64,000 bases of DNA from Amphiscolops sp. MND2022 (Eukaryota), in contig OZ076409.1 in NCBI GenBank assembly GCA_964187785.1, positions 28,460,001-28,524,000 of the forward strand, given 5' to 3'. Under the pieces are notes generated by a model that was not told the origin of the DNA, searched no databases, and saw nothing but the letters and a program-made list of their open reading frames with translations. How positions within the stretch are numbered: position 1 is the stretch's first letter; every line of letters begins with the position of its first letter. Both the position numbers and the translations under genes were made by a program. Positions 49,201 through 58,700 of this stretch are shown here, in pieces.

Positions 49201-50010
49201 TTGCTTCACGCCTATCTGGGCATCTAATAGAGCTTTGCGCGCTTTCGCTGCTTCATGTACGGCTCGATATGCTGAAGATCGGGCAGATGCAGCTTTTGAT
49301 GAAGGTGAGGATGAGCGCGAGTCGCCATGAGGTCCTGTAGTGCCAGTCTGTGCTAGTAAGGCTGGGGGCCGTACTTGCTTACCCTTCCAAGATGCTCGGG
49401 GGGCCGTAGCTTCTTGAAGACGTGCCCTGGCATAATTCATACCCCCGACATAAGACATTTGTTGCAATATCTCTGCCGTGTTCGCAGTGCTCTCGCTGGC
49501 CACGCTGGGAGCTTTGAGTTGTCCAGTGGCATTCAAGCAACTCATTTCAGTTTCGTCCTCAGCGTTTGTCCTGTTGGAGTTGGGCCATGTTCCTGCTTCG
49601 TCAGTACCGAAAGGTGTGATGGCTACTTTGGTGAGTTCTTGTAACCATTTGGACGTGTGCGCCTGACTTCCTGTTTCGTCTGCTGAACCTCCGATATCAT
49701 CGGTAGTCTTGGCAACCGGCTTGGCTTGATATTCCTCCGATGCGTCGTCTGACATAGGGTCTGAAAAATCGGGTTCCATAACGAAACTGTCATCAGTTGG
49801 CCAATCTTCCTCCTTGGGATCTGAGGTCAAGTCGGATATTGCACTGAGGTTTGTCTCGCACCCCGTTGGGTCTGGTGTCTTTGATGCTTCAGTGCATCGC
49901 GAGGTGTCCTTCCTCCCCCTTTTTGAATGATTAGAGCGTCGCTGGGTGTTCGCGCGGCCTAATGTTCTCGTTATAGAAATCCAAAGGTTACGCAAACTGT
50001 TGGGTTTCAT
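40243..50010 (-). CDS. Intact Gag-Pol polyprotein of element B, 3255 aa, with C-terminal AT-hooks and macrodomain-like tail
   Basis: Two CCHC knuckles (CFNCGLPGHFAREC, CVNCGMTEHSASQC); protease LIDTGS; RT YIDD; RNase H LDTDASG; integrase HHCC and QYDH/SDNA/LVERQN. Confidence 0.97.
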   Translation of the reverse strand: MKPNSLRNLWISITRTLGRANTQRRSNHSKRGRKDTSRCTEASKTPDPTGCETNLSAISDLTSDPKEEDWPTDDSFVMEPDFSDPMSDDASEEYQAKPVAKTTDDIGGSADETGSQAHTSKWLQELTKVAITPFGTDEAGTWPNSNRTNAEDETEMSCLNATGQLKAPSVASESTANTAEILQQMSYVGGMNYARARLQEATAPRASWKGKQVRPPALLAQTGTTGPHGDSRSSSPSSKAASARSSAYRAVHEAAKARKALLDAQIGVKQAASQLSERKARCDREHQSIMEEIEAVQTELRTSTERQAQGHEIQAARMDAMGYRMAEIKDMVTEREVRMEAQLQEVCSQIQAMGTMLKNIQPQPAPVSNTIKELLQDTDMSLPKPMKSVSLKPKESVTISTNPSGSKQHLARYAPLPQTLVSNGEAASTSTKFVPSAVSTKNIPPTTKTHKKEPTCEVITIDTSSMGISDLREPTRTNMLTEVTSTFQTANATLGESAAEFQTANDELPSGNPCASSTRRREVTLPENTDDSVNSTRGSSIPPPAISEEAPISPEQLRFTEAISKAMSKELAPLIANRDQTRVRPTVYKGTKDGSVDGWLPVMKRFLERVHAKSPKIDRAWAIIDHLEGEARNYIINKSEPERDEPDKVFSLLASRFGTGGNRMHVRQTFMSRVQQEKEDWMQFLDALEGLRTQGFPDEPITTRRYEILQRFIDGVNDPTLRQELAVVYAAEAYLTEPPTVESLRFTTRQLQRHRPSTSKPYDPRYAMRSRPHPFVPGKLVHPAPGLPQNVLPPNQGQREAKPQMAPPAPASVKQAPAQQQPARVIPQGACFNCGLPGHFARECPSRDLARKPAARAAPEERVNLCENNVASACSGPVFCVNCGMTEHSASQCQNVPVHEDLAYSLWAEQPPAPQTMSDSEMVLMLRPAEAAHVATPLTVTCGKIQIQTNPEPTTFDPSGRTIMSVRLLLAIEKETRPELTIDALIDEIAANENCRQLTLPQPEEWQVKGVTSTYHAYSPIPVKVCIDGVDMRFGATIITDAFPPGICLGPQELRCYNIDAQEPTGEARIDERASLVVSFMVPDAAPVPLRGLIDTGSGVSILTFSAYNRVAVRTGTLLRPYGIDLYAANGKTIKTFGLAEKVKFQLGGYELETNFVVVDDAMGVEDFLLGRNFLRAYQVLVDLTAMKVIVRAPSEPVWYHAHTQVSNESLNSSVAIAQDVVLQPFERAILRAKLLVDNLEPFIFRTVLINFQTSNRMLKNAIFLEDTVATVGETGFLYVSLGNLTSNVQRIKKGTLLGTAVPVTMVHKAIPQIVPGQSSETQQSNANYVCKVYEQMNLDSSSEYSSSSEFEFLSSTEPSELGLSEREVKKRTDPALMAPIPGPEAQLDEVRGLWGSTASDTLSKLLNEFDDLFMKFKADIGKCKIAKHPVEVEPGAVPHREGARRLSPDKAERANQEVRDLLALGMIQPSLSPWASGIVMVKKKSGELRFCCDFRPLNEVTIQDAYPLPRIDESLSRLGKAKIYTSIDLAWAFWQIPVRKADRQKTAFACELGLFEWRRMPFGMCNASATFQRAIARALQRIVNREGSMVMAYIDDIVIATETIEDHMDRLREVFQCLREAGFKMRVSKCDFMKSEIKYLGRVVSADGIKPDPKAVIKLKEWDIPRTKTELQSFLGFANYYRDFIPWHAKLVAPLHAITGGASSFLWGEEQQRAFNSIKVALMEATALAQPDTEGEFVLDTDASGVAISGILHQWQGPPESRKLRPIVFGSKKLTATQAKYGAPKLEMYAAYYFILKNHSYLCPRKFTLRVDNQALSWLKTYSMDQAIIGRWIMALEKYHFSIEHRPRTQHRNADGLSKRTNDYKKHEKQLKGLPAIADKWDFLSQEEYNKLPLAPWFDVHGRVIPNHPELPAHLQRLGSQSSPETTVAAPTRKSGGSKRNATIREEAMRAPLPTLPKPELTLPAELYPEYPEDWLELTEEYQRDYLLPTHAANVPSRTTYPLTEKQATSTAPEHVKQAAFVVNSISMELHEHANTVHGLKDLLLAQNRDVHILAIKKLVMQESIDNDVFPENVRTFAKNYHKQKKNLLLINANGILCVKYSKTQRALHERPCMIVMPQLYQHEILFKAHDAMGHQGIAKVLARIQERHTWPGIHRTIGQYVSQCITCQQVRDKPGDVRFHLKNIQSGYFNELVQYDHMKICPSDDGNTGILVIIDHFSKLAEAVPCNHDEYDAATTSKLLLQKWFARHGTPTRMQSDNAPNFTAAISAEFMKAAQVTKVTSTAGHPRTQGLVERQNRTLLTLLRVFCSRRMRDWDQYLDEVMGAYNSTRHATTGFSPYMLTRGMEKAIPLTFLYPEFATQSFESHEAYVEHVLARQQEIHDLVRRNTHQAQQRQKLKYDRAIRAKAYEVGEPVWVFCRYIPQKGSPKLMRAWRGPHKVARVLQEGRVYILDTGQKVHFERLKPHHGGPTEWAAVPAHNGEVAIIMDPDPEQSHEEVRDDASQPSYRAEEPISEASNASLPSRQRHWMDTRLRTHMRAGGSRLHYQQFGYSSTESDDERSDVLLSSVQASPDESVILSSQVDEPAPIPEMPISPLPAMEALFSENEAVPDALDIAPNPNIHVPTESAATSLTGTSAPLLTNPSLTDMLSNFPIWPLIDDNVLNPTLDDNGADTPTTNNEKGSIPPATVPTNNDAATTTKLLNAPRGRGPRGRPPGRARPRASLPRGHQRRGAIRGARKRGRPRGRPPRTTHARPNTPTRVRNTPSMDTDSSAPSAAVTSDQAAPPESTNARYGLRRNRIPRYRCGTCGLRNCECNYMVHAGFPIKSQGVLLAREQEKSLPSGMVDRLVIRAEKTYTGLQRSDTPYPVDYILSKMKDSTIAKAPCPRFKEWTYDLVGLEFTLPITVPPLPTYIAFGPFNYEREPIQMIRCIPADLLYDKYNVTAKPGDVYQPTSNWGLLVTAKQASDLVYPTNLNTCLESLRTMASPDRITCFHTIDLYRGKIKFEWWLELIIAVLSNFSRIRFLDEWTHSFPSPVSLQSALHALDTWSRAHIDNQSLPRSVWQDLGAIKGLLPNACDDALSKDPGQELVYHGAVRPQLVDYVQYANTDFLQTPHHIVLCCPANLETSSAALRYVIREHGADAIFQLRPEVGNIVTLPTSLIDGHPQTIHLLITRATPRCPMLADILFGCLDHLKTLLERLEAIEVHFAIVDPERPIRNLFDFYTCLMDVFADTPLTVVLHDRVYVSIASVASFP

Positions 50011-52102
50011 GATTTCGCACGTCTCGAAAAAGTCAAAATTCGATCTAGGGGTCGTACCGGCGTGAAACTTACACAGCGCGTTGATACCGTGGTGTGGGGC
50101 CGGAAACCGTGCGTTTGGGGCTTACGGAATAGCTGACTCGCAAACAATTGGGTTTTTAGACAATTTTTGAGTTTTTTAAATTTCTTTATAAATGATTAAG
50201 ATGCCTCGAGCGCAACGTCTAATCGTCGGAAACACTTGAAAATTGGCCACCTGACCTTGTGGTAGGTATACTACACGATAGCAAAATCAAATCTAAGCTA
50301 AGGTTTTTATTTCAAGATTCAGGCTGATCCGGACGTTCGGTACCCTTAGTCATCAAGATACATCAATTTTCATGCTTATCTCAAGATTGTGCTCTACTGA
50401 AAAAAGCTAGCGGGCTCAAAATTCGCAAAACAACGTAATATCTGGTATAAATGGTAGAAATGAACTGCAATTCAATCTCGTTTTTCAATTAAGGTACTTG
50501 GATCATTCGGGAAAATTTGAAAAATTACCCTCTATGCCCAACTTTTTGAGTGGTACGTTTTCTCTATTTTCTCATCAAGTACCGGTTGGATTGACACAAA
50601 ATTTTGTAGCTACAGTCAATGAGTGTGTACAATGCCGGTGAAACCATCAAAAGAAAGCGCGGACGCTTATTTGAGGTTTCGACCTTACTTGGACAACACT
50701 CATAAAGAAAAATAATCTTGGGCTACTTTCTTCACAAATTGGCTAAGAGGGTCACCTCAAAAAGTAGTAGGGCTGAAAAAATGGGATCTACGTGTTGCCC
50801 CACTACTCGTAACACTAGAATAAACCCTCGAATAGATGTGCCCGTTAAGTACGAGGCACCGACAGTCCTTCAGTTTTGGATTATTTCGGTAGTTTTACAG
50901 TCCTCTGAAGTTGAAACGTTAGAGAACTTTTCTCGATTTTGGCGAAAGTTACGTTCACCAAATTTTCGACACTAGCGTTATTTTTAGTGGTGGTTATGGA
51001 AATACAACCACTTTTTCGCTAAGGTCCAAGAATCAATGATCCGACCTTAGCTCAGAGACAGTCCGGATTTTAGGAAAATGGAGGTTTTTCAGTGTATTTT
51101 ACTACTTTTCTCAGCACTGAAAAGGAATTTCGGGATGCGGTCTTCACTGCGGATTGTTAAATTTACTGAATAAACTGAAAATGATAGCCCGGGGGCTATT
51201 CTAAGCGTAGAAGTGTTCGTCAATGGTCAAGTTGGGTTTCTTCTAAGAGTACTATAGAAAAACCTTAAAATCACAGTTTTTGTAAATTTTTCAAGAAGTA
51301 GTGGTTATAATTACCAAAATGAGTATTGTTGGGTACCGGCAGGTGTACCCCAACCTAATTGCAACCATACGGGGATGTTTAAAAGCTTCCATACAAATTC
51401 CCCCACAAGTTCAAAGTGCTAAAATGTTCAATCTTTCAAAAACGGGTTTTCTTCCTCACAAAACTTATACTAAGTGCCTTTTTGGGCAACTTTGAGTACT
51501 TCGTCGCGTTTTTTGCGAACTCGTTAGAGTCCTGAGCTACTTTTATTTAATTTCTGCAGGTGTGTGGCTAGCACCAAGAGCGCTCGCGCTCATGTAGGTG
51601 TTTCGCCTCAAAATGGCCAAATTTGGCACTTTTCGTCGAAAATACATGAAGAAACGCACTCTTTTCGCATAAAACGGGTGCAAAAGCACACACTTAGCTA
51701 CAGAAGGCTCGTAAAAACATTGGCAAATGGTCGTACACAAAATTCTGAGCAACCCAAAAAATTTTTTCAACCTGACTCAAAAATATCATACAACCCGGAC
51801 TGACGAGTCGTGTCTTCTCGTTCTTTTTGCTCATCACCCAGAACAGCCAGAGACCAACGGGTTGCACCAATAGACACATCAGCATTTGTAGTACGTCTCC
51901 ACCAAATTTCATTTCTCTAGGTTGCCTGTACGGGAAATGGGATCGGTGAGTCGTATAACTCGTTTCGGCAGATTGTAAGATTCCTCTGAGTAAGGATCAT
52001 CCTCTTCTCAACACTCACTTCATTGGTCATAAAATGCTGAAAAAGGCTAGAAAACACCTGTTAACACTTCTAGCAGCCTCCCAGCGGCTTGCTAGACCAA
52101 TA

Positions 52103-52678
52103 TTATGAGTGACCCGTGTAAGGAGTAAAGTCCGTATGATCCCTCAGATCACAAGCAGACCTTGAGTCCTTCTTTGTAATCTTCTCATTTGTATTTTTCC
52201 ACATGTTCCCAGTTCTGTTCTCATCAAAGGACGTGGGCGGCTCAACGCCATGTTGGTTCAAAGGCAAATTTCCTACCATGTTTTGTATCTCTGGTATTAT
52301 TCTCTCACTAATAGCACAGTTGATTGCTCTACTAATCTGATTTTGCATGAAGTCCATCATGGTCTCCATTTCACGAGACATTCTCGCATTCATTTCACTT
52401 GATAGTGTATTGATCGATTCAACCAATCTTTCCTCCCTAACAGGCTCATTTTGATTATTGATGTCTCTAATTTCATTTTCTTGGGACGAATTTTCTCTGT
52501 TTGGGAAAGGCCCATAGTCACGTCGCCCGTCTGGGACGTTTATGAGACTGTCCAATTCTCTTTCTATAGAATTTGAATTTCCATCCCCTAACATTACGTC
52601 CATGTTGTCGTAATCAGACAACATGTCCAATTCTCTTGACTTTCTGGCCTTGGCCTTTTGTCTTCTTGTGGAAGGCAT
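52103..52678 (-). CDS. LTR-encoded ORF (191 aa, coiled-coil-like), possibly the Gag N-terminus
   Basis: ATG ORF stays open to the LTR end and stops only in flanking DNA. Confidence 0.6.
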   Translation of the reverse strand: MPSTRRQKAKARKSRELDMLSDYDNMDVMLGDGNSNSIERELDSLINVPDGRRDYGPFPNRENSSQENEIRDINNQNEPVREERLVESINTLSSEMNARMSREMETMMDFMQNQISRAINCAISERIIPEIQNMVGNLPLNQHGVEPPTSFDENRTGNMWKNTNEKITKKDSRSACDLRDHTDFTPYTGHS

Positions 52679-53094
52679 AAAATATTTCTACAGGAGGTAA
52701 TATTTGAATTATTCCTGTAATCGAGTAGTAAGAAAGCTTTACAAGACAACTTGTATAAATGCAAAGTTTGTAGGTTAACTGTATCAAGTTTAGCAAAATT
52801 GTGTCTTGCGAGGTCCCGACCTGGGTATATATACCTAAGTGGGCATGATTCGCAATTTTATGGGGGTCATGATACTAAAAATAACTTGCAAGTTATAAAT
52901 AGAACACGTCACCGCTAAAAATAGAATCATTGCGTCACTACAGACAGGTAGAGGCGGGTAGATCAAAGTGCCTTAGTAGGCCGAGTGATACATGGAGTAT
53001 AGCACTTACATGTAACGCAAAATGCATAACAACTTTTACATGTAGGAAGCATTCATGTAAGACACATATGACGGGTAGCTGTAAGGGACTTATA
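52117..53094 (-). repeat. Probable 3' LTR of element C (upper boundary may instead be 53010)
   Basis: Plus strand TGTAAG at 52117; CTTATA at 53089-53094 followed by a PPT-like tract (minus AAAAAGGGAT); an alternative CTTACA ends at 53010. Partner LTR is outside the window. Confidence 0.55.
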
Positions 53095-53752
53095 ATCCCT
53101 TTTTAACATCATAGGGCAACATCACCTTTGAACAGGTGCATGAAGGCCCGGTACGGCCAATGGCCGTCCGGGTTTTCTAATTTAGTCTCATCAATATATA
53201 GGAAAGCAACACTGCATGTTAACACTACATGTGTTTGGTCATTACATAGGATGGGTTATTCGCGTCCTTCAATTGCTAATTAATTGAAACACTAATTTCA
53301 TGTGATAAGTAATATAGCACTTGAGTATTCATCATGTCTACCGGCCGAGTTGGGCCTTCTTTATTATGCAGCACCAAGACAATTAGTACAAAAGATAGGG
53401 ACGGCTATATTATATAGCCGCTTTCGTCCTATTCGCAATCATTAAGTACTATTCAACCACAGCATCAAAGCATAGTAAGGCCGGCAAAGTTAATTGGCCG
53501 TATTGGTCCATTCTAAATAGCTATTAGCACAGTTACGTAATACGTAAAGGAATGGTTGTTATAAACTGCGCTGTGATTGGACACTTAGCCGTTGACGGCC
53601 TAGCTAGCCATACTGGACAGGCAAACATTTGAATACTTTTCCTCTTTGCCTGTCAGTATAACTTGGTGTCAAATGTCTTTTACATGGAAAATATTAATGC
53701 AATACATCAATCAATATACTCGAAATAATACTAAATGTTTGAAAGTTTTGAT

Positions 53753-54589
53753 TTATAATGGGAGTGTTCCAGGCAGAGCAATTGGCCTTGTGTGGTCAAT
53801 TGTATAGACGTTCCCATCGCAGGCGGCAGCCTGCGACACTCCCCCTGGTAGTAATAAGAACGTGCCCACTTGCATTCCCTCGATAAAAGCTCTTTTGCGG
53901 GCTTCCAGTTGATCAGCTGATTCTCCCAATGTGGCCGTCTTACACAAATAATCCGTGACTGCTTCATTCTGAATTTGTACGGTAGATTTCCCACATATCA
54001 CGCAGTCCGAATAATTTGCCATTGGATTGTGTGTTTCAATTCCCATTCCTTGAAAATGGTTTGTAACTGTGTCCAATGACTGCTGGGTGGTATCGCCCTG
54101 ACGGTCCGCTAAATTGGAGTCGTAAATTGGCCCTTTCTCCTCGGGTGGGGGCGACATGGGAGTATCCGCTATGGGAATAATTTCTCTACACAGTTTAATT
54201 GGATGATTATTGCGCACTCGGTCGTCCCGCCGTATTGGACCGTTTCCTTTTCCCAGTGAGAAGAAAGATTGGTCAAGTGTAGGCCTTATTGCGCTGCTCG
54301 TCCCAAAGGTCCCGTATCCCGGTAAGTTATACTGGGGAGCTTCACTTCTAGTTTTCAGTGTATAGGATGAGCCAGGCACTGGGATGGGTGATGACAATTT
54401 CATCTCGACACACTGGGCCATCATCATGATCTCGTCGTCTATTTCTTCGTCTTCCGATGACAGTTGAAGATCCAGCACTGAAGTCATACTCAGGTCACAT
54501 ATTTCCTCCTCCTCGTCGCTGGACAGGCAAATTACATCTATGCCTTCGGGCGCCGCGCCTTGGAAGTCGTTAGGAAATCGCTGGGCCAT
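53753..54589 (-). CDS. Accessory ORF of element C, 278 aa, with SUMO-interacting-motif-like segments
   Basis: Intact ATG ORF; IDVICLSSDEEEE and VLDLQLSSEDEE; CVIC near the C-terminus. Confidence 0.7.
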   Translation of the reverse strand: MAQRFPNDFQGAAPEGIDVICLSSDEEEEICDLSMTSVLDLQLSSEDEEIDDEIMMMAQCVEMKLSSPIPVPGSSYTLKTRSEAPQYNLPGYGTFGTSSAIRPTLDQSFFSLGKGNGPIRRDDRVRNNHPIKLCREIIPIADTPMSPPPEEKGPIYDSNLADRQGDTTQQSLDTVTNHFQGMGIETHNPMANYSDCVICGKSTVQIQNEAVTDYLCKTATLGESADQLEARKRAFIEGMQVGTFLLLPGGVSQAAACDGNVYTIDHTRPIALPGTLPL

Positions 54590-55773
54590 GAATCTATCTT
54601 TTATTATCTTTTTTGCAATTTTGAATGCGGCAGAATAAATTTGATTTAATCAGAGTAGGGTAACTGTTCCGTTTGAAAGCTAAGAGACAAATGGCGATTT
54701 TTATATCCCAATTTCTCGATAGTTTCTGCCTCAGACTTTCCCGGTCTTCCATTTCCCGCATAAAACTTCACTGATGAAACTTTCCGAAATATTCTTTGAT
54801 ATCGGCCGTCACCCGCTTTGTTGACCGTCGATTAACTTCAGTTTGCCTAAGTCGGTAAAGAATCTTCAATGACTTCTTCTAGTGTTTACCTCCTCTTGAT
54901 CGCCACTTGAAAACTTCAAGGAGTTGTAACTTCAGCTGAAGGCCCCGCTCGTCGATGCATCCCAGGCGACCAATAGGATCTCAGTTTCGAGCATCCTATT
55001 CAAGATGACGTAACTTTTAATAATTCTCCATATAAGGAAATAATAAAATAACCTGAATAATAAAATAACTGAAATAATAAAATAATGGAAATGCATGTTT
55101 CGAAATATAAATAGTGTGGATTTCTCTGGCAGGTTCCATCCACAAAATAATTCTCATAATTGTAAAAATATTTGACATCAAATCCAGTTTGCCACGAACT
55201 CCAATCTCTTCAGCACTCATTTCCTGATTCTTCAGTTTCCAATTTGTTACATTAATCACTTCTATATTTATCCATTGTTTACACAATATCATAGTCAGTC
55301 TTTTAGTTTCCTTTCTTTTATTTTCAATTCTCAAGAGGCCCTTTTGTGCTTATTTTACCACTTCCTTGTCGGTTTACTGCCTGCCTTCCGGGTCGACAGC
55401 AATCTCTGCTTTGGAGACGGATTCTGAGCTTGGTAGCCACATTTCCACAGCTTCCTTGGTTCAGCCCCAATTGGACACTCTGCCATCTAGCACAGGATTC
55501 TCCTAGAAAATCAGAGACACTCAGTTCAGTCAGAACGTTCCTCCATTTCCTCTCAATCTTCAATTGGACACGTGATACAGGTGAGCTATCTGGTCTTTTG
55601 ATTTTGAACGGAAATGAGCTTGATCAGGGCTCTCTTCGTTCATGTACTTCCTGTCCTTTCACTAAACGATTTCAATATCGCTTTCATTCTCACTTCCGGA
55701 AGATTTTACTGCGGCTTTCATGGACACATTTTCAGGAAGTTGTCCGCAAAAATTTATTTCCTTCTGTTTAGGC

Positions 55774-58700
55774 ATGTCGTCTAAAAAGGATTTGCCAGAA
55801 TCCACTACTACCCCAAACAATAATTCCAACGAAGATAGTGTTAGACCAAACGAGACCACAGGCGCCCCTGATCCTCCACGACCAGCTTCGCAATCTTCTA
55901 ATTGTAGTCGGTCCACAGATGAGAGCGTGACAGCTTTCATCGAAAGAATGGTCACAACAATGGATCCTCCTGAACCAGAGACCACTACCGACCTTCCTAT
56001 CAAACATGGTACAGAGGCCCAAGCAACCATTACAACCTTCCCTTTCCAAAAAGCGTCGGTGTCAGAAGCTATCAGTGTTACCCTTGGTCGGCCAATTGGG
56101 CTGACAGGGCAAGTTGACAGGGAAGAGACCGCTTCTCAAGAAGAGGCTACGCCGTTATATGGGGACACGACCGACGTCGAGGAGTTGCTAGACAGCTCGG
56201 GGGTGGCTGCTTTTCCCCCCATTCCTCGTAGCGTTACTTTGGACTCAGGGGATTTCCCGGACCTTGAAACAGGATACCAACTTGAAGCTGGCCATAGTGA
56301 CGAAGAACAGGAAGCTTATCGTGCCAAACTAGAGTCCAGCGATAGACAGCTGTCAGCCAAGGGCAGGACCATCATTCGGAAGTACTTTGCCTCTGCGACG
56401 CCAATCCGATTACCAGTAGGCCACCCTACTGTCGCTTTCAATCAGGAGCAAATGCATGCCATACTGAGGACAGTTGCTGATGAGAGTGCACTTTCCTCAT
56501 ATCACATGATGAAGTCTCTCCTAATTCACGCTACCACTGGGGCCTCTCAAGATAAACGGAAGAAGCAGCTCAGGCGATGTCCCACGCCAGCCCGACATTT
56601 TGCTGAAAGCTCGGGTGATGAAGGAGTACAAGGAGGGAGCACGAGTGATGGTTACACAAGTGGAGCCATAAACACTGACGAGGACCCATACTTGCTTGGG
56701 TCAATCTCTGGAACAGATGTGGTCAGTGAGACGGACCCACTAGCCCTTACTCCGACAATCAGTTCGGGTGCGCGACCCAGCACGTCTCGAGGAGAAAAGG
56801 TTGCCCCCACATCAGGCAGTGAGTACAGTAGCGCAGACTATCAGCCCTTGTCCATACTAGGTCGCACCAGAAAAGCGGAAGCAACGCACCCAAGTCCCCC
56901 ACGTAAAAGAAGGAAGTTGTTGAGCAAGCCTGGGAAGGTCATGAAGGATGCGTATTTCAAGGGCATCCAATGGACTCGTACCTTTGTGAGTGGACCGGTG
57001 GACCCAATTCACAACAAGTTCAAATTCTACTGCATGCTATGTAAGACTAACGTGTCCATCTACTCTAAGGGGGCGAGGGAGATCCTCCGACATTACAAGA
57101 AAGAAGGGCACCTACGAAAGGACCAGAAATGGCGTTACGTCCACCTGCAAGAAGTCGACAGCATCACTGGAATTGCAACGCACCAGGTGAGAGGAAAGGA
57201 CGGCTACGTCCTTACGCCCCTCGAGCTAGAGAGGGAGAAACCACACTTCATAGATGTTCCCCTCATCGACGCTGGAGACCGCTATCCCTTCTATGATGAC
57301 TACATGGCTAGTATAGGAGGAATTACCAACCCAAGTGACTTGCGGACAAGCACGCTGATTTCCCTGATTGGAACGTTTGTGCCCCAGGATGGAAATCTCT
57401 CGCTGCTGCAGAACCTGTGGACAAAAGTTGGTGTATTCACCAATCACCAGGCCCTGTTCTCCTCATTTGACTGGGGTTCTGCTACGCTCACCGTAAGTAG
57501 TTTTATAGTCCAGGATTACCTTCTGGCCTACTAGGTCAAGTGTTCCTACCTTCTTCATTTTCCCGGTTTCATTTTAGAACATTTTCCATCACATCTTCAT
57601 GCGGGGACTAGCCGACATTTCCAGCCATGTGATCTCTTCGGGCATGTACTCCATTGAATTCACGACGGAAGGCATTTATCGCTGCATGTCAATTCGCTTT
57701 TGGAGGGATGATTCACTTGTCCGTGTGGGACTTCATAGACATTTGCAGACTGACGATTACCCTGATTGTTACCTGTCTGCCATTTCTTGCTTGTTATCCT
57801 GCGTCTCATCCAAGCCCAACTTGGTCAGCATTTCCGGTTGCTCTTCCATGGTGTTCCAGGCTCTCGAGTCTTCTAGCTTGTATGAACATGGGATCCAGTA
57901 CCCATTTCGGTTTGAAGCCTTCTCCATGCCCGACTTCATGCACCCTAACGCCCTTCAGACCAGTCATGTCTTTGGACGGATCGATATGTTTTCCCAGTTG
58001 AAGTATCTGGTCGTCTTCCTCCGAGGCAGTCCTAGCCAACCTTGGGCCCTGCAATGTCCTGAATTGTGCAAGGTGAGTCCCATTTGGATTTCTATAATGA
58101 CGGGTCTTTAAAAGTATTTCCGGATTTTCTTACTCACATCCTAGTCCTTAAGTCCATTGTTCTCTTATGTGCAGTATGATAAAGGTACTTTCCTATTGCA
58201 GGCCTCAGTCGCTTGTGACATCAATTTAAAGAAGGTCCCTGCAATTTGTGAGGAACTAATAAAGAACTGGGCGAGCATTCATGACTACTTGACCAAGCTG
58301 GCTCCAACTCAAGTGATGCAGGGAGTCAGAAATAAGGTATTAATATCCTGTTCGACCCTTTGGTTTCTGCCACAAACTTCCGTAAGTAGTGGTTTTTGTT
58401 ACCTCAGTACTGATATAACTTCTTCCTTTCAGCCACAGAGTTTGGAGTGGGTCATTATCCAGGACGACCTGTTTCCTGCGAAATTGGAGCTTCTGTCTCT
58501 TTTGGTCCGAGATTGTTAGTTCTTTCACTTTGTTTCCAGCTGACCTTGGTTGTCCCCTTCCCTGCAGTGTTGATCTTTGAATGCAGCTAATATTAGAGCT
58601 TTTAGAAAGTAGGAGACTTCGCCATGTTGTAGGTCCTGTTCTCATTTTGACTTCATTTGTTTAGACACTAGGTGTTTTGAGCGGAGCCTGGCTAAACGAC

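Larger units (their letters stand above)
33886..52116 (-). mobile_element. Large Ty3/Gypsy element B (~18 kb; boundaries uncertain, 5' end abuts element C)
   Basis: Two intact co-oriented large ORFs; PBS-like TGGTCTAGCAAGCC on the minus strand ending at ~52099; LTR pair not demonstrable. Confidence 0.7.

Noticed and set aside
35794..49666. Numerous short plus-strand ORFs
   Set aside because: Shadows of the long minus-strand ORFs; no motifs.
51890..51906. tRNA-Ala-like PBS (minus TGGTGGAGACG) for element B
   Set aside because: Not preceded by an LTR-terminal CA and no matching LTR sequence adjacent.
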